From assembly GCF_009914755.1 (NCBI RefSeq), contig NC_060927.1: a stretch of 64,000 nucleotides of DNA. One strand, given 5' to 3'. A program made the position numbers and the translations under genes. The notes beneath the pieces were generated by a model. That model was not told where the DNA came from, ran no database searches, and saw nothing but the letters and a program-made list of their open reading frames with translations. The stretch is from the human T2T-CHM13v2.0 reference genome, Homo sapiens. Numbering within the stretch: position 1 is the first letter of the stretch; each line of letters begins with the position of its first letter. Below are positions 1 through 12,155 of this stretch, one piece after another.

Positions 1-1931
1 GGCCTCTCCATTCTTTGGCTTCTTCTCCTCCATTGATTTTATTCATATTTTGCCTCAGCCACACATGCAATGGACATATCCTAGACTCTCTCATTACCAA
101 TTACTAAAAACCCTTCATAATTCCTATCTCAGGCATCTTACTTTTGGGTCGTTTGTTCCTATTTTAGCAGCTCAACACTTTGAGCATTCTGATACCAACA
201 CTTTCTTTAAATCTCATTATGAACTATGGCATCTATTATTTTTTCTTTGTTGCTCATTTTCCTCATGTCCCAGCATCTCTTTATACTCTGCTTAGATTTC
301 GTGAAAAGCCATTATTTCATGAAAAACTGTTCCAAACTACCAATGTCTGTATCCTTATACCGTTGCTTATATAAACTCGCTTGTCCCTCTCTCTTCTTTC
401 TTTAAATGACTCTGGTAAAATCCTAATTATGGTATATCCAATTGACTTTTGTTTTACCTGCATGTACACACCTGAACAGAGCTGGAGAAAAACACGCTAT
501 CCTGCTTAACAGTCTCATTTTAACAGCATGACCACTCGCTTACCTTAAGTGGGTTCTCGGTGCTGCCACGCAACCTATTATATTTTTCTAGTCTATTTAT
601 TCTCCCATTCCATAATGATGACTATTTTGTACATTTTCTCTCCTTTCTGCCTTTCAATATTTATTCCAGCTGTTAACTTTACTATTTCATTAAAAACAGA
701 GAATCAATGGAAAGAGAACTTCAAAATGATCCCACTATAACACCTCCCAACCCTTCCATACTACCAACATGTATATCCTTATACTCTTCTTTCTTTCATG
801 TTACTGTGGATGAATCATGAGGGTCCTTCGTAGCAAAGATCATCTCTTCTACTTGTGCACTGGATCACATACCTCTTCTGTATACAAAGCAGCAATTGTT
901 GCTCTCCTGAAACATCAGTTATTTTTTTCCTTTTCAACTGAATTATTTCTACCAGCATACAGACATGCTGCAATGCTTCCCATCTTAAGAGAAAAAAAGC
1001 TCTTGGTTCCATTTCATTTTCAGTGACTGCCTAATCTCCACCCCATTTTAAAGCAAACTCAGTAAACGAGAAGTCTCTACTCACTGTTTCCACTTCCTTT
1101 CTTCCTGTTCTCTCCTAAAGCCACTTCAATCATGTTTTCATCTCCACTACTCGAGCAAAATGATTTTTGTCAACGTCATCAAAGATCTTTATGTTGCCAG
1201 ATCCAATGGACCATTCCCATTTTTCATTTTACTTTAAAATCTTGGTAACATTTGATACCCTTGATCAACTCTTCTTTCTTAAAACTTGGATTGTGAGACA
1301 GTCTTCTCTTGTGTCCCTCATTGCTTACCGGTTACCCCTTCTCAATCTCGCCAGCTTGATTTCCCTTATTTCAATTCTAGGGGATTCTGGCGCTTAGTCC
1401 TTGGATCTCTGGATATCTTTATCTTCACTCATTTCTTTAAGGAGCATATATAAATTTGCTTCTTTAAATATCACCTATATCATGATGATCCTCAAATTTG
1501 TATCACTATGGTTGACTTCTCACCTGAACTCCAGGTTATAAAAAACTAAAAACTGCATTTTCACTTTGGATGTTAAATAGGAATTCCAAAGTTAACATGT
1601 TCAAAACAAGTCATTATTTTCCCCAAACCTGCTTTACTTTCAGTCTTCACAATCACAAAGAAAAAACAACTCCATCCTTCTCACTGATTTAGCTAAAACT
1701 TTGATTGTCCCCTTTTTTCTCACCTGTCACATAGAATTTTTCAGCAAATATCAATGGCTCTACTTGACTGTTTTTCACATTTCCGTCTCTGTAATCCTGG
1801 TCCAGACCTACATAATTGCCTGCCTATGGTATGGCAATACATTTTTAACAGCTAAACCTGCTTATATCCCTGCCTCCCCACAATCTGTTCTCCACCGTGC
1901 AGCCAGAGTAAACGTTTTAAAATGTATAGAT

Positions 1932-2085
1932 GGCCGGGCGCGGTGGCTCACACCTGTAATCCCAGCACTTTGGGAGGCCAAGGTGGGCAGATCATGAGGT
2001 CAGGAGATCCAGACCATCCTGGGTAACACGGTGAAACCCCGTCCCTACTAAAAAATACAAAATAAATAAATAAATAAATAAAATA
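1932..2085 (+). mobile_element. Alu left monomer only (AluY/Sc-like) with (TAAA)n tail
   Basis: ggccgggcgcggtggctcac...gaggtcaggagatccagaccatcctgggtaacacggtgaaacccc...aaaaaatacaaaa followed by (TAAA)n; no right arm. Confidence 0.9.
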
Positions 2086-2382
2086 TATATAAATTCATGC
2101 CATGCTTTTCTGCTACAAACCTTCCAAAAGTTTTGGATCTCATTCAAAGTAAAAGAAGAAGCTTTTGTAAATATCCACACAACCTTGCTTCTCTTCTGTG
2201 TTACCTTCTTCTCTCCTAATTTACTGCATTCTAACAGTGCTGGCCTCTTACCTATTTCTTAGGCTAAGAGAACCCAAACATTTTTCCTACCACTCCCACC
2301 CTCATTTATCTGTTTGGTTTATTTATTCAGGTCTCTGATGAAATGTCACTCCATCAGAAATAACTTCCCCAACCAAACTGTC

Positions 2383-2447
2383 TACACACACACAGACACA
2401 CACACACACACACACACATGTGTGTGTGTATGTATATATGTGTATAT
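2383..2447. repeat. (CA)n(TG)n(TA)n compound microsatellite
   Basis: Read directly from the sequence. Confidence 0.95.
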
Positions 2448-2886
2448 TAAAAAATACATGTGTATCACCACTCCCTTTACCCCTAGCTTTTCATATACCT
2501 TTACCTGCTTTATTTATCTCCATATTCTAAAATCACTCAGGATAGAGAAATAAGCGGTTTGCTTGTTGTCTGACTCTCTGTAATAGAATGTCAGCTTCAG
2601 AAAAGTATAAACTTCTGTGTGTTTTATTCATTGCCAGATTTTTAGCACCTAGAAGAGTCCGTGATATATAGATGCACCATAAATATTTGTTGCATGAATA
2701 ACTCACTGAATAAAGGTGTATGAGCTTAGATTTGACTGTTTATCTTTTTTTATCACTGCACTATAAAACCCAAGTTTGGTTTCCAGGAAGGCCACGTTAA
2801 AGAAACACTGTAATTAGAGAGTTAGATAATTTGGCATTGAGGAAACACCACTTTGCCCCCCACTGCCAATCTGTGCACTGGCAAAA

Positions 2887-3172
2887 TTTTTTTTCTTTTT
2901 TGAGGCAGAGTCTTGCTCTGTCGCACAGGCTGGAGTGCAGTGGCGCGATCTCGGCTCACTGCCAGCTCTGCCTCACGCCATTCTCCGCCTCAGCCTCCCG
3001 AGTAGCTGGGACTACAGGCAACCGCCACTATGCCCAGCTAATTTTAGTATTTTTAGTAGAGACAGGGTTTCACCATGTTAGCCAGGATGGTCTCAATCTC
3101 CTGACCTCGTGATCCGCCCGCCTTGGCCTCCCAAAGTGCTGGGATTACAGGCGTGAGTCACTGCGCCTGGCC
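2887..3172 (-). mobile_element. AluY-like
   Basis: T-tail, cacgccattctc, ctcgtgatccgcccgccttggcctcccaaagtgctgggattacaggcgtgag; caaaattttt on both flanks (TSD). Confidence 0.93.
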
Positions 3173-5085
3173 CAAAATTTTTCTGTTGCAATGAGATACT
3201 ACTATTTTCTTACAGAAAGAGCTTGCAGACCTGATGTCTCCCTCCCATTTATGTAGACACATCATCAGGCAGTTTGCCTCAGTATTGATTTGAGAATTTG
3301 AGAGGAATCATCTCTTGATTTTTTAAAATTTAAAAGTTTTATTTAATTGAATCCTTTTGGAGAATTATCCTACCTTAGGAAAAATAGTGAAGACATAACA
3401 GCAGAATCAGTTTGGTGCTCCCTCTAGACAAGCAAAAAATAAAAGTGTATGGAAGATCTGACTCTCACTGTCTTCTCTTCCCCTCTGATTGCCCAGGTAT
3501 ATCTCTTAGCCATGGGTTCTCATTTTTCTTCTTTGCCATTAGTTTGGCTTTTTTATTTTCCCTGTTAACACATTCCACCCTTGAGATTGCTGTAACAGTG
3601 ATCTCAACCTCTGATAAGGTAAGTTTATAAACTTAATGAGGAAAAAATGGGGAAAAAGGTCACTCTTCTGCTGCAGAAGTGCGCTTGGCTTCTCTTGGTT
3701 TGCTGCCTATTCACTGGCATTAAGTACCTGAACAAATGTTTTATCACAGACAGGGAACTGTTGAGGGATGTTCACAATGCATTGAACATCCTTAGGCATA
3801 ATTTTTATGTGAACTGGGCATCCTTAAATACATTCTGACTCCATGATCAGATTACCAGAAAGTGCAGGTCCCACTCACTATCTTGATTCAGCATCTCCCA
3901 TCTGGCCAAAGTTGAATTTTACATTGAGTTGGATGGTGATAAATATGCTTAGCAAAAGTATATTCGTTGTTTCTGAAGTTCTCTGTGCTGATAAACACTG
4001 GCTGGGACTAGGGAAGTGGGCCCCAAATAAAACAATAGCAATAATCCCCAGACTGCTTGAGTAGTGGCAGTCTTTATTCTTGTTCACTAAATGGAAGTTG
4101 TAGTTTAGTTTTATTTCTCTCATAAGGCTCTGCTGTTTGAGGACTCAGCTTTGGGGCCGTTGAGTGCTTATTAGTGGTAGCTCCAGAATTGCTTCATAGA
4201 GGTAGAAATAGGGAATGGGGCGGGGGCTCCTGGTGGGTGGAAGAAAGGGTAAGGGACTGCTACTGAAAGTGGTCACTATACTTTATTTAGATTTTATATT
4301 TGTTTGTGATGGCTTTAGTAGGGATTGATAGGCAGTGCATGTGCTGATGGAGATAAAAGAGGCTCTAAAAGACCCCTCCTACAAAACCCCTTGATACCAC
4401 TCCTGTGAAAAAAATCGAGTTTTGATTTTTGTTTGCATGGCTGTTATCAAATTCCATTTTGAATGAGTAACAAAGCTATGGGAGACTTTTTAAACTCTTT
4501 TGAAAATTGAAGATTGTAGGAATCCCCCTTTCCCCATCTCTTCTGCCTATGTAGACATCTTGGGGATTTCCAAATTCAAGATAAAATGTTATTGTTCTAA
4601 AATAAATAGATTTGGGAAATGTGGTTTTGACACTGTATTTACCAAAAAAAGTTCTATTGCTACATATTTAAAGAGATATTTTATTATTTTAAAAAGCTGC
4701 ATAGTCAAATAAGCTGGGAAGGCCCTGACTATCAATGCATTTCATTAAATCTAAGATGCTTTTGATTATAATATAGACTGTTTTAATGTACTCCTAAGAA
4801 AAATATACTGCCAATTAGACTCTGCTTCTACTGTAAGAAGCATCTCCATATCAAAGTTTATTTTAAAAAAAATGAAAAGACATGCCTTTGAATTTATGAA
4901 ATATAATATATACAACCTTTCTGAAGAGCCCCATGGTTGATTAGTGTATCTTAGGTTCTGAGAAACACTGCAGTAAAAATATCTGTTAAGATTTCTTTAA
5001 ACTAGCATTTCCCAAACCACCTGATTAGCCATTTGAGTTTCTATCACACCACTCTGTCTCATAACATTTGTTAGAATTTCTTTGG

Positions 5086-5554
5086 CTCTTTCACTGCCAA
5101 GTTGCCTTATTGTGAGGAGGCATTGAAAATTGGGATTCACCCGTAACTCACTGCCATGCCCAAGGAAGGCATTGCTGCTGGAGGCGTAGTGGACATTAAC
5201 ACTGCTTTGCAAGAGGAGCTGAAGACCACCCTCATCCATGACGGCTACCATGGGGAATTTGTAAAGTAGTCACAGTCTCAGACAAAAGCCACGCCCATCT
5301 CTGTGTTTACATTCAACTGTAATGAGCTTTGTATGTCAAGTTGGTGGAGGCCCTTTGTGCTGAACAGCAAATCAACCTAATTAAGACTGATGACACCAAG
5401 AGACTAGGAATCGATAGTGGCGGAAACCCCAAAAAAATGGTTAGTTGCAGTTGTGTAGTAGTTAAGGTCTATGGCAAAGAATCTCCGGCCAACCATGTCA
5501 TTAAAGAGTGCTTCAAATGCCAGAAATGAACAAATAAAATGTTGGCTCAAAAAA
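5086..5554 (+). pseudogene. Processed 40S ribosomal protein S12 (RPS12) pseudogene, possibly RPS12P5
   Basis: 5' TOP-like ctctttcactgcc (5086). ATG 5156 gives [30 protein letters not shown] (cf. RPS12 [30 protein letters not shown]), then a frameshift. It resumes as [18 protein letters not shown]...[14 protein letters not shown]...FKCQK* (TGA 5527-5529), lacking the EWVGLCK segment. AATAAA 5533-5538, short A tail, no introns. Confidence 0.95.
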
Positions 5555-6220
5555 TTTGAAAATAACATGGAATATTATCCAATACAAGCATGGCAAAGGC
5601 AGGCTATCTATTGAAATATTTGAAGAAATTCTGAGAAAGAAAAGAAATGAAAGACAAACTTGAAAAAAAACAGATGGAGCAAGCCAGGTAGAACAACTGT
5701 TAAGAATCCAGAAAAACAAAAATCAAAGAAACTATTCTAAACAAGCTATCAAATTTGTGTGACAAACTGTGACTTCATGGAGAAGAGTTCAATTAGAAAA
5801 ACGGTGGAAAGGAGATTAAGACTTTGATTGGTGAGAGTTTATGAAGACTGACACAATTTAAAAAGCTATTATAGTTATTAATACACTCTTAGCTATAAGC
5901 TGAGAGTATTCCTAGCATGCTATTTAAATCTGACATCAGGCAACAACCAAAATTATATTTGTGTAAGTCATATGGGAAGGGTTAGGGAGGGAGACAAGTG
6001 GCTCACCCTTGGGAAAAGATGTTCATATCAACTTTGCAGTCTCTACTTTCTTATCTGTAAAGTAGGGATGAGCAAAATTGAACAAGATATTTAGTTTTAC
6101 AAAAATAGTCACCCATATTATATAAAAATATGATTATTTTTGTAAAACTCAATACAGAAATGGAAACCGATGACATGCAACCCATTGACAATTAAATGAG
6201 TTGTATGAGATTGATTTTTA

Positions 6221-6598
<378 letters not shown>

Positions 6599-7938
6599 CT
6601 ATTGCCAAATATATATAAAACATATACAAACCAAATGAATATGTGTATGATACTACCTGAAATAATCTTATTTTTTGGTTACTTGTTTATTCCATCTCAT
6701 CCACCTGGAAAATATCACTCATGAGAGTAGACTTTCTTTTTTTCATCACTTTATCCCAGCTCTTATGGTTAGTTCCTGGAATATAGGAGTCATTCAGTAA
6801 ATATTTGTAAAATAGTTGCAAAGTAAATTAATACATTAATGAAATATAATTTAACCCCACCATTTAGTACTTATTATAATTTGATACTGTGTCCTCCTTA
6901 AAGCTTTTAAACCTTTGCTTAGTAGATAATATTTTTCTCTGGAATTTTTTAAAATTGCAAATAACAAAATATTTTAAACTGCAAACCATGATTCTACAGT
7001 GGAGAGAATGTTAAACACACAGACATACACACAGACACACAAACACACATAAAAATTGCCTTAATATGATTGGTCACAGTTATACATCTATGATGGCAAG
7101 GATGACAGAAGAGAATCCACTGCTATGTTGGGTCAGGTGAAAAGAGATCATGCCAGTCACTTCACTGCAGTTGCCCTTTGCCACATTATAAGATGGCATA
7201 GTGTCTACAGAAAAAAAAAAACAAGAAAAAAAAGAAGACTTATCTTCTCCCTGTTACAATTTTTCACCTAAATGTCAGGGTCAGATTCACCCTGCTGAAT
7301 TTTTTTTCCTCCTTTCTGTGAAAGAGCCACTATTTCCACAGATTGCTTTAACAATGAGTAAACTTTTGCTGGTTTATGTGTGAAAACTACACTGCAAAGT
7401 ACCTTATAATGTGCTTAACTATTAGCAGAACATAACCTTTTCTATGACTTGTAATATAATATACTGTGTGGACTTATGACAGATATAGCCCATCTCTATT
7501 ATAAGGTCCATTCTGTGACCCAGAAACTATTTTGGATTCTGAGAGTTTAAAAAATGCATGGGACTACCTGCCAGGAACTCATGGTCCAGGATATGATACC
7601 AATATGAAAATAAATACAGCATAATGTATTAAAGAAAAGGAATGAGGCTTTTGAAATTTTTATAAATACAGTACAGTGTTGAAGAATTAAAGAATTCTGG
7701 CAGCGATGGCTTAAGAGGTGTATATTCCAAATTGTATGCACACACGCACACAATTAATTAATTTTGTTATTCAATGGAAAATCATCAGAAGGAGAAAATG
7801 AGGACTAGTGGATGATGAACTACCCAGATGCCACTTAATAGTATCATATTTAACAAAACCAGGCTTATGACATAGGACAAAAACTCTACTGATTCTATTA
7901 AAATATAAGTCAGGTTATGTGACTCCTGTGCCCCAAAC

Positions 7939-9015
7939 TATCGGGGGAAACAGCCCCCAGTATTTCAACGTAGGTTCTTTTCTATTTTTCCCTAAGTGTC
8001 GACCCTAAGTGTTGAGAAGAGAAAGAGTACAAAGAGAGAAATTTTACAGCTGGGCCTCCGGGGGTGACATCATGTATTGGCAGGTTCCGTGATGCCCCCT
8101 GAGCCACAAAACCAGCAAGTTTTTATTAGGGATTTCGAAAGGGGAGGTGGGTACGAGCAGGGAGTAAGTCACAAAGATCACATGCTTGAAAGGGCAATAA
8201 AAGATCACAAGGGCAGAGATGCAGAGCAAGATCACAAGGCTAGAGCGAAATTAGAATTACTGATGAGGTTCCATGTCCCACTGGGCATGCATTGTCATTG
8301 ATAAACATCTTAACAGGAAACAGGGTTCGAGAGCAGACAACTGGTCTGACTAGAATTTGCCAGGCTGGAATTTCCTAATCCTAGCAAGCCTGAGATCACT
8401 GCAGGAGAACAGGGTGTATTTCATCCCTTATCTTCAACTGCATAAGACAGACACTCTCAGAGCAGCCATTTAGAGACTGCCCCCTGGGAATGCATTCCTT
8501 TCCCAGGGTTATTTCTTGCTGGGAAAATAATTCAGCAATATTTCTCCTATTCGCTTTCTGCGAGAAGAGAAATATGACTCTGTTCTGCCCCACCCCGCAG
8601 GCAGTCAGACTTTATGGTTATCTCCCTTGTTCCCTGAAAATCGCTGTTATCCTGTTCCTTTTCAGGGTGCCCAGATTTCATATTGTTCAAACACAAATGT
8701 TTTACAAACAATTTATATGGATAATGCAATCATCACAGGGTCCTGAGGAGACATACATCCTCAGCTTACGAAGATGACAGGATTAAGAGATTAAAGACAG
8801 GCATAGGAAGTTATAAGAGTATTGATTGAGAAAGTGATAAATGTCCATGAAATCTTCAGAATTTATATTCAGAGATTGCAGTAAAGACAGGTGTAAGAAA
8901 TTATAAAAGTATTAATTTGGGGAACTAATAAACGTCCATGAAATCTTCACAATTTATGTTCTTTGCCGCAGCTTCAGCCGGTACCTCCTTTCTTGGTCCC
9001 TGACTTCCCACAACA
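7939..9015 (-). mobile_element. Solo LTR, MER11 family (HERVK11/HML-8, ERVK)
   Basis: Minus strand begins TGTTGTGGGAAGTCAGGGACC and ends TTCCCCCGATA. It carries the MER11 internal repeat (AAGATTTCATGGAC x2) and AATAAAAACTTGCTGG. Length 1077 bp; perfect 6-bp TSD CCAAAC at 7933-7938 and 9016-9021. Confidence 0.92.
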
Positions 9016-9370
9016 CCAAACCATTTAAAAATTCTCCTAAGTCCTCACAGTGGCCTCTAAGGCCCTCTGTGATCTTTCCAGGCACCCCCCTGTCTTTGAT
9101 TGCCTCTCCTGTTACTTTTCTGGTTCAGACTGCTTCAGCCACAGTGGCCTCTTTGCCGGACCTCAGATTTGGCCTTTCTTCAACTCTTTTCCACTCCGCA
9201 TTCCACCTGTTGGGAACACTCTTTCCTCACATAGCCACACCTCCTTCCAGACTTTGTTCAAAAGTTCAATCGAGTCTGCTCTGGCCACCCCACTTAAATT
9301 TACAAACTGCCTCTCTGGCCCCTTTCAGCAATGCCACCTCCCAATCTCCCAGTATTACTCTGTTTAGTTT
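9016..9370 (+). mobile_element. L2 fragment (continues the L2 split by MER11; left part ~7880-7938)
   Basis: tggcctctaaggccctctgtgatct and cttcagccacagtggcct resemble the L2 3' region. Confidence 0.6.
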
Positions 9371-9684
9371 TATGTATGCTGGGTTGGGGGGGTTAATCTG
9401 TAAAGAAGAATAATTCATGATCTGTTCAAATCCTCATTACCACTTTCTAATCTGAATGTGAAAAGCATCAGGAGCCAGTTATCAAAGTATCCCTCTCCTC
9501 TCCATTGCTAGTCATTTTCTACCACAAGTTTTTTCTAGCCACCATTGGAACTAACCTACAGCAAACTTCTGGAATTAGGTATTAGCTTGTCAACTGACAA
9601 TACCCACAAGGATGTGCATCTGAAATTTGTGTGTGAGTGTGTTTTATGTATGTATTTGTAAAACGGCGTGTAGGGTATGGGGAA

Positions 9685-9860
9685 AACACTGGGTCAGTGG
9701 TCATAAGAAATACTTAGGGTCAAATCCCCATCTGTAAAATGGGGATAATTCCTGTTCTACCTAATGCACAGAATTCCCATTAGATAAAAATGAGTTAGTG
9801 TATGCCAAAATGCTCTTAATGCTGGAGAGTGCTATGATGCTTCTCCATCATTGTCATTAG
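9685..9860 (+). mobile_element. MIR fragment
   Basis: Core catctgtaaaatggggataat. Confidence 0.65.
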
Positions 9861-10159
9861 AGCTACATTTAAGCAAATGCTTACATTTGATAACACCTTA
9901 TATCTTTATAAAATGTTCCACTTTCAAAAGCAATAAGCAAGTAACCATTGTTTTCAAGTGAATCATTGTCTTAATTTTCTCAAAAATATTGTTGGCATTC
10001 TTGTAATGGTTAAATTAAAAACAAAGACATGTTTTAAACATTAAAGATATTAATGTTAAAATTTAGATTCAGAGAAGGTCAGTGACTTATCTGTGATCAA
10101 ATTGCTACTAAGTAATAAAGGGTGTTGAGTGTGTTTTCTGCTCCAACTTGGCTTCCCAC

Positions 10160-11090
10160 ATAAATAATGAAACATATAATAGGGTAAATATGGATGGAGG
10201 CTGGAATTATTGGAAATCAAAGTACAGAAATATCAATGGACAAATCTAGGGAAGAGAGTTTGATGAGGAGCAAGATATTTGCATAGTTTTGAGGCATCTC
10301 TTCATAAATTGCTTTTTAGTTGCAAGCTGAAAAATTGTAACTATACAATGGAAACATTAGATAACAATTTGATCAGGTGATGAACATCAACAATGAGGCG
10401 CAGGTGGATATCATGTGCCTATGGATAGAGGCGCAGCTGGATATCATGTGCCTATGGATATGATTCTCTGAGAAGGACATAACATAACTTATGTATGTTC
10501 CAGCCACGAATCATGCATAATCTGAATTTGATCACAAGGAAACATTAGATAAATTCAAAATAAAGAGCATTCTTCAATAAAACAAGCCTATATTTTTAAA
10601 AAATGTCAATATCACAAAAGACAAAAACCAAAGACATGTTCCAGGTTAAGGGGGACAAAAGTGACATAACAATTAAATGCACTGTAACTGGATGCTGTAT
10701 GGCAAGATGGAAAATGCTATTATTATTATGGAGTTAAATGGCAAAATTGGAGTACTAATTCTAGATTATTGTATCAATGTTAGATTTACTGATATTGATA
10801 ACTGTACTATAGTCTAATACGTGAATATCCTTATTCCTGGAAAACTCATACTGAAGTTATTAGGGATAAAGAACCATGATTTACCAATTTCACTCTTGGA
10901 CGGTTCAGGAAAAAAATGTTTTTAGATAGTTAGATGGACAAATAAATCTAGATCTAGACAGAGCAGTACATTTTATTAAAGTAAATAGGGCAAAATATAG
11001 TAGGTGAATCTAGGGAAAAGATATATTCTTGCATTTTCTTTGTACTATTTATGCAACCTTTCTCTGTTTGAAATCATTTCCCAAAAAAAT
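10160..11090 (+). mobile_element. Old L1M (L1MC/MD-like) 3' region
   Basis: attgtatcaatgttagatttactgatattgataactgtactat; tactgaagttattagggataaag; tgtactattttatgcaacctttctctgtttgaaat. Confidence 0.65.
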
Positions 11091-12031
11091 ACTTTTAAAT
11101 ATAATGAGGCACAGCAGTTGAGGCTTCTGTTTATTTGACTCATCTGAAAGAGTTTATTTTCTTTAGTAAATACCTAACTTACAATCAGGCAGGGACCTTT
11201 TCTCTTGGGAAGGTAAGATGTTTCGTGCATAAAAGTAGCAATACAGAGGTGTTTGATATGACAATATTTTACTGCATTTTCATTTTTTATTATTTATTAT
11301 TAATGAAATGCAGTTGTCTTTGTAGCCTGCTGAGTGTTTAATAATGAAATTGTGCATCATTCATTTTCAAATGTCTGTGCCTCGTATGTGTTAGGAACAT
11401 GAATTCAATATGAACTTCAAATCATTTCATAAAGGGAGAACTGCAGATAGAGTTAACCAACTGATGCTCTTTAAATGCATGTTTATATACACAATTTCCA
11501 GGATGACATGGCAGATTAGGAGTTTGTGTGTTATATGTAAAGTACCTATTCATTGAGCTTCTGGATATATGGTTTTAGATATCTACTTAAGTCCTCATAA
11601 TATAGCATGGTTTAGGAACATGTTTCCTGTAGTCTATGATTGAATTTATTCAGTTTCAAAAACTGATTATATTCTTCCTTAAAGTTCCAAGGTTCTTTAT
11701 GTAAATTCACATCAATTAGTTCTTAATTTATGATGGTCCGATCCCCCAAATTGGCCTTGGTTTTAAACGCTTACTGTGTTGAATGGTTCTCCCAACTTTT
11801 ACCATTGTACTCAGCATGTTCAATATAATACCTATCCTTGGCTAGTTTGGAATGAGGAAGTGAGACTAACTTTAACCCTAAAGAGAGGAACAGACCCCTA
11901 AGACAGCCATGTCCCAAAACTCTTCCCCCTCACATGTCCTTCTTCTCCCATCCTTTCCTATTATCCTCTTCTTCTTCAACTTGCTCTTCACCCCTCCCCC
12001 TTACAGCTCTTCTGTTCTAAACTCCTTTCCA

Positions 12032-12155
12032 TTTTATTTTGAGATGAGATCTTTCTGTGTCACTCAGGCTGGATTCGAACTCCTGGGCTCAAGCAATCCA
12101 CCTGCCTCAGCCTCCCGAGCAGCTGGAACTATAGATGCATGTCACTGTGCCTGGC
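12032..12155 (-). mobile_element. FLAM_C-like free left Alu monomer
   Basis: gagatgagatct...ggctggattcgaactcctgggctcaagcaatccacctgcctcagcctcccgag...gtgcctggc; ~125 bp monomer. Confidence 0.85.

Larger units (their letters stand above)
1..2712 (+). mobile_element. Long L2 LINE remnant interrupted by an Alu monomer and a microsatellite
   Basis: Pyrimidine-rich L2-like text (tctgttctccaccgtgcagccagagt; caggtctctgatgaaatgtcac; tagaatgtcagct) ending in the L2 terminus aaatatttgttgcatgaata. The 5' boundary is uncertain. Confidence 0.7.

Noticed and set aside
3647-3838. 63-aa ATG ORF with a signal-peptide-like hydrophobic N-terminus
   Set aside because: Short and intronic, with no recognisable family or promoter; expected by chance in T-rich DNA.
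5329-5529. 66-aa RPS12-like ORF as a functional gene
   Set aside because: It is a C-terminal fragment only, with an upstream frameshift, an internal deletion and a non-ATG start.
8044-8777. Cluster of overlapping ORFs
   Set aside because: All lie within the MER11 LTR and show no gag/pol/env similarity.
8790-8960. ~80-bp tandem repeat resembling an array
   Set aside because: It is an intrinsic part of the MER11 LTR, not a CRISPR-like or novel array.
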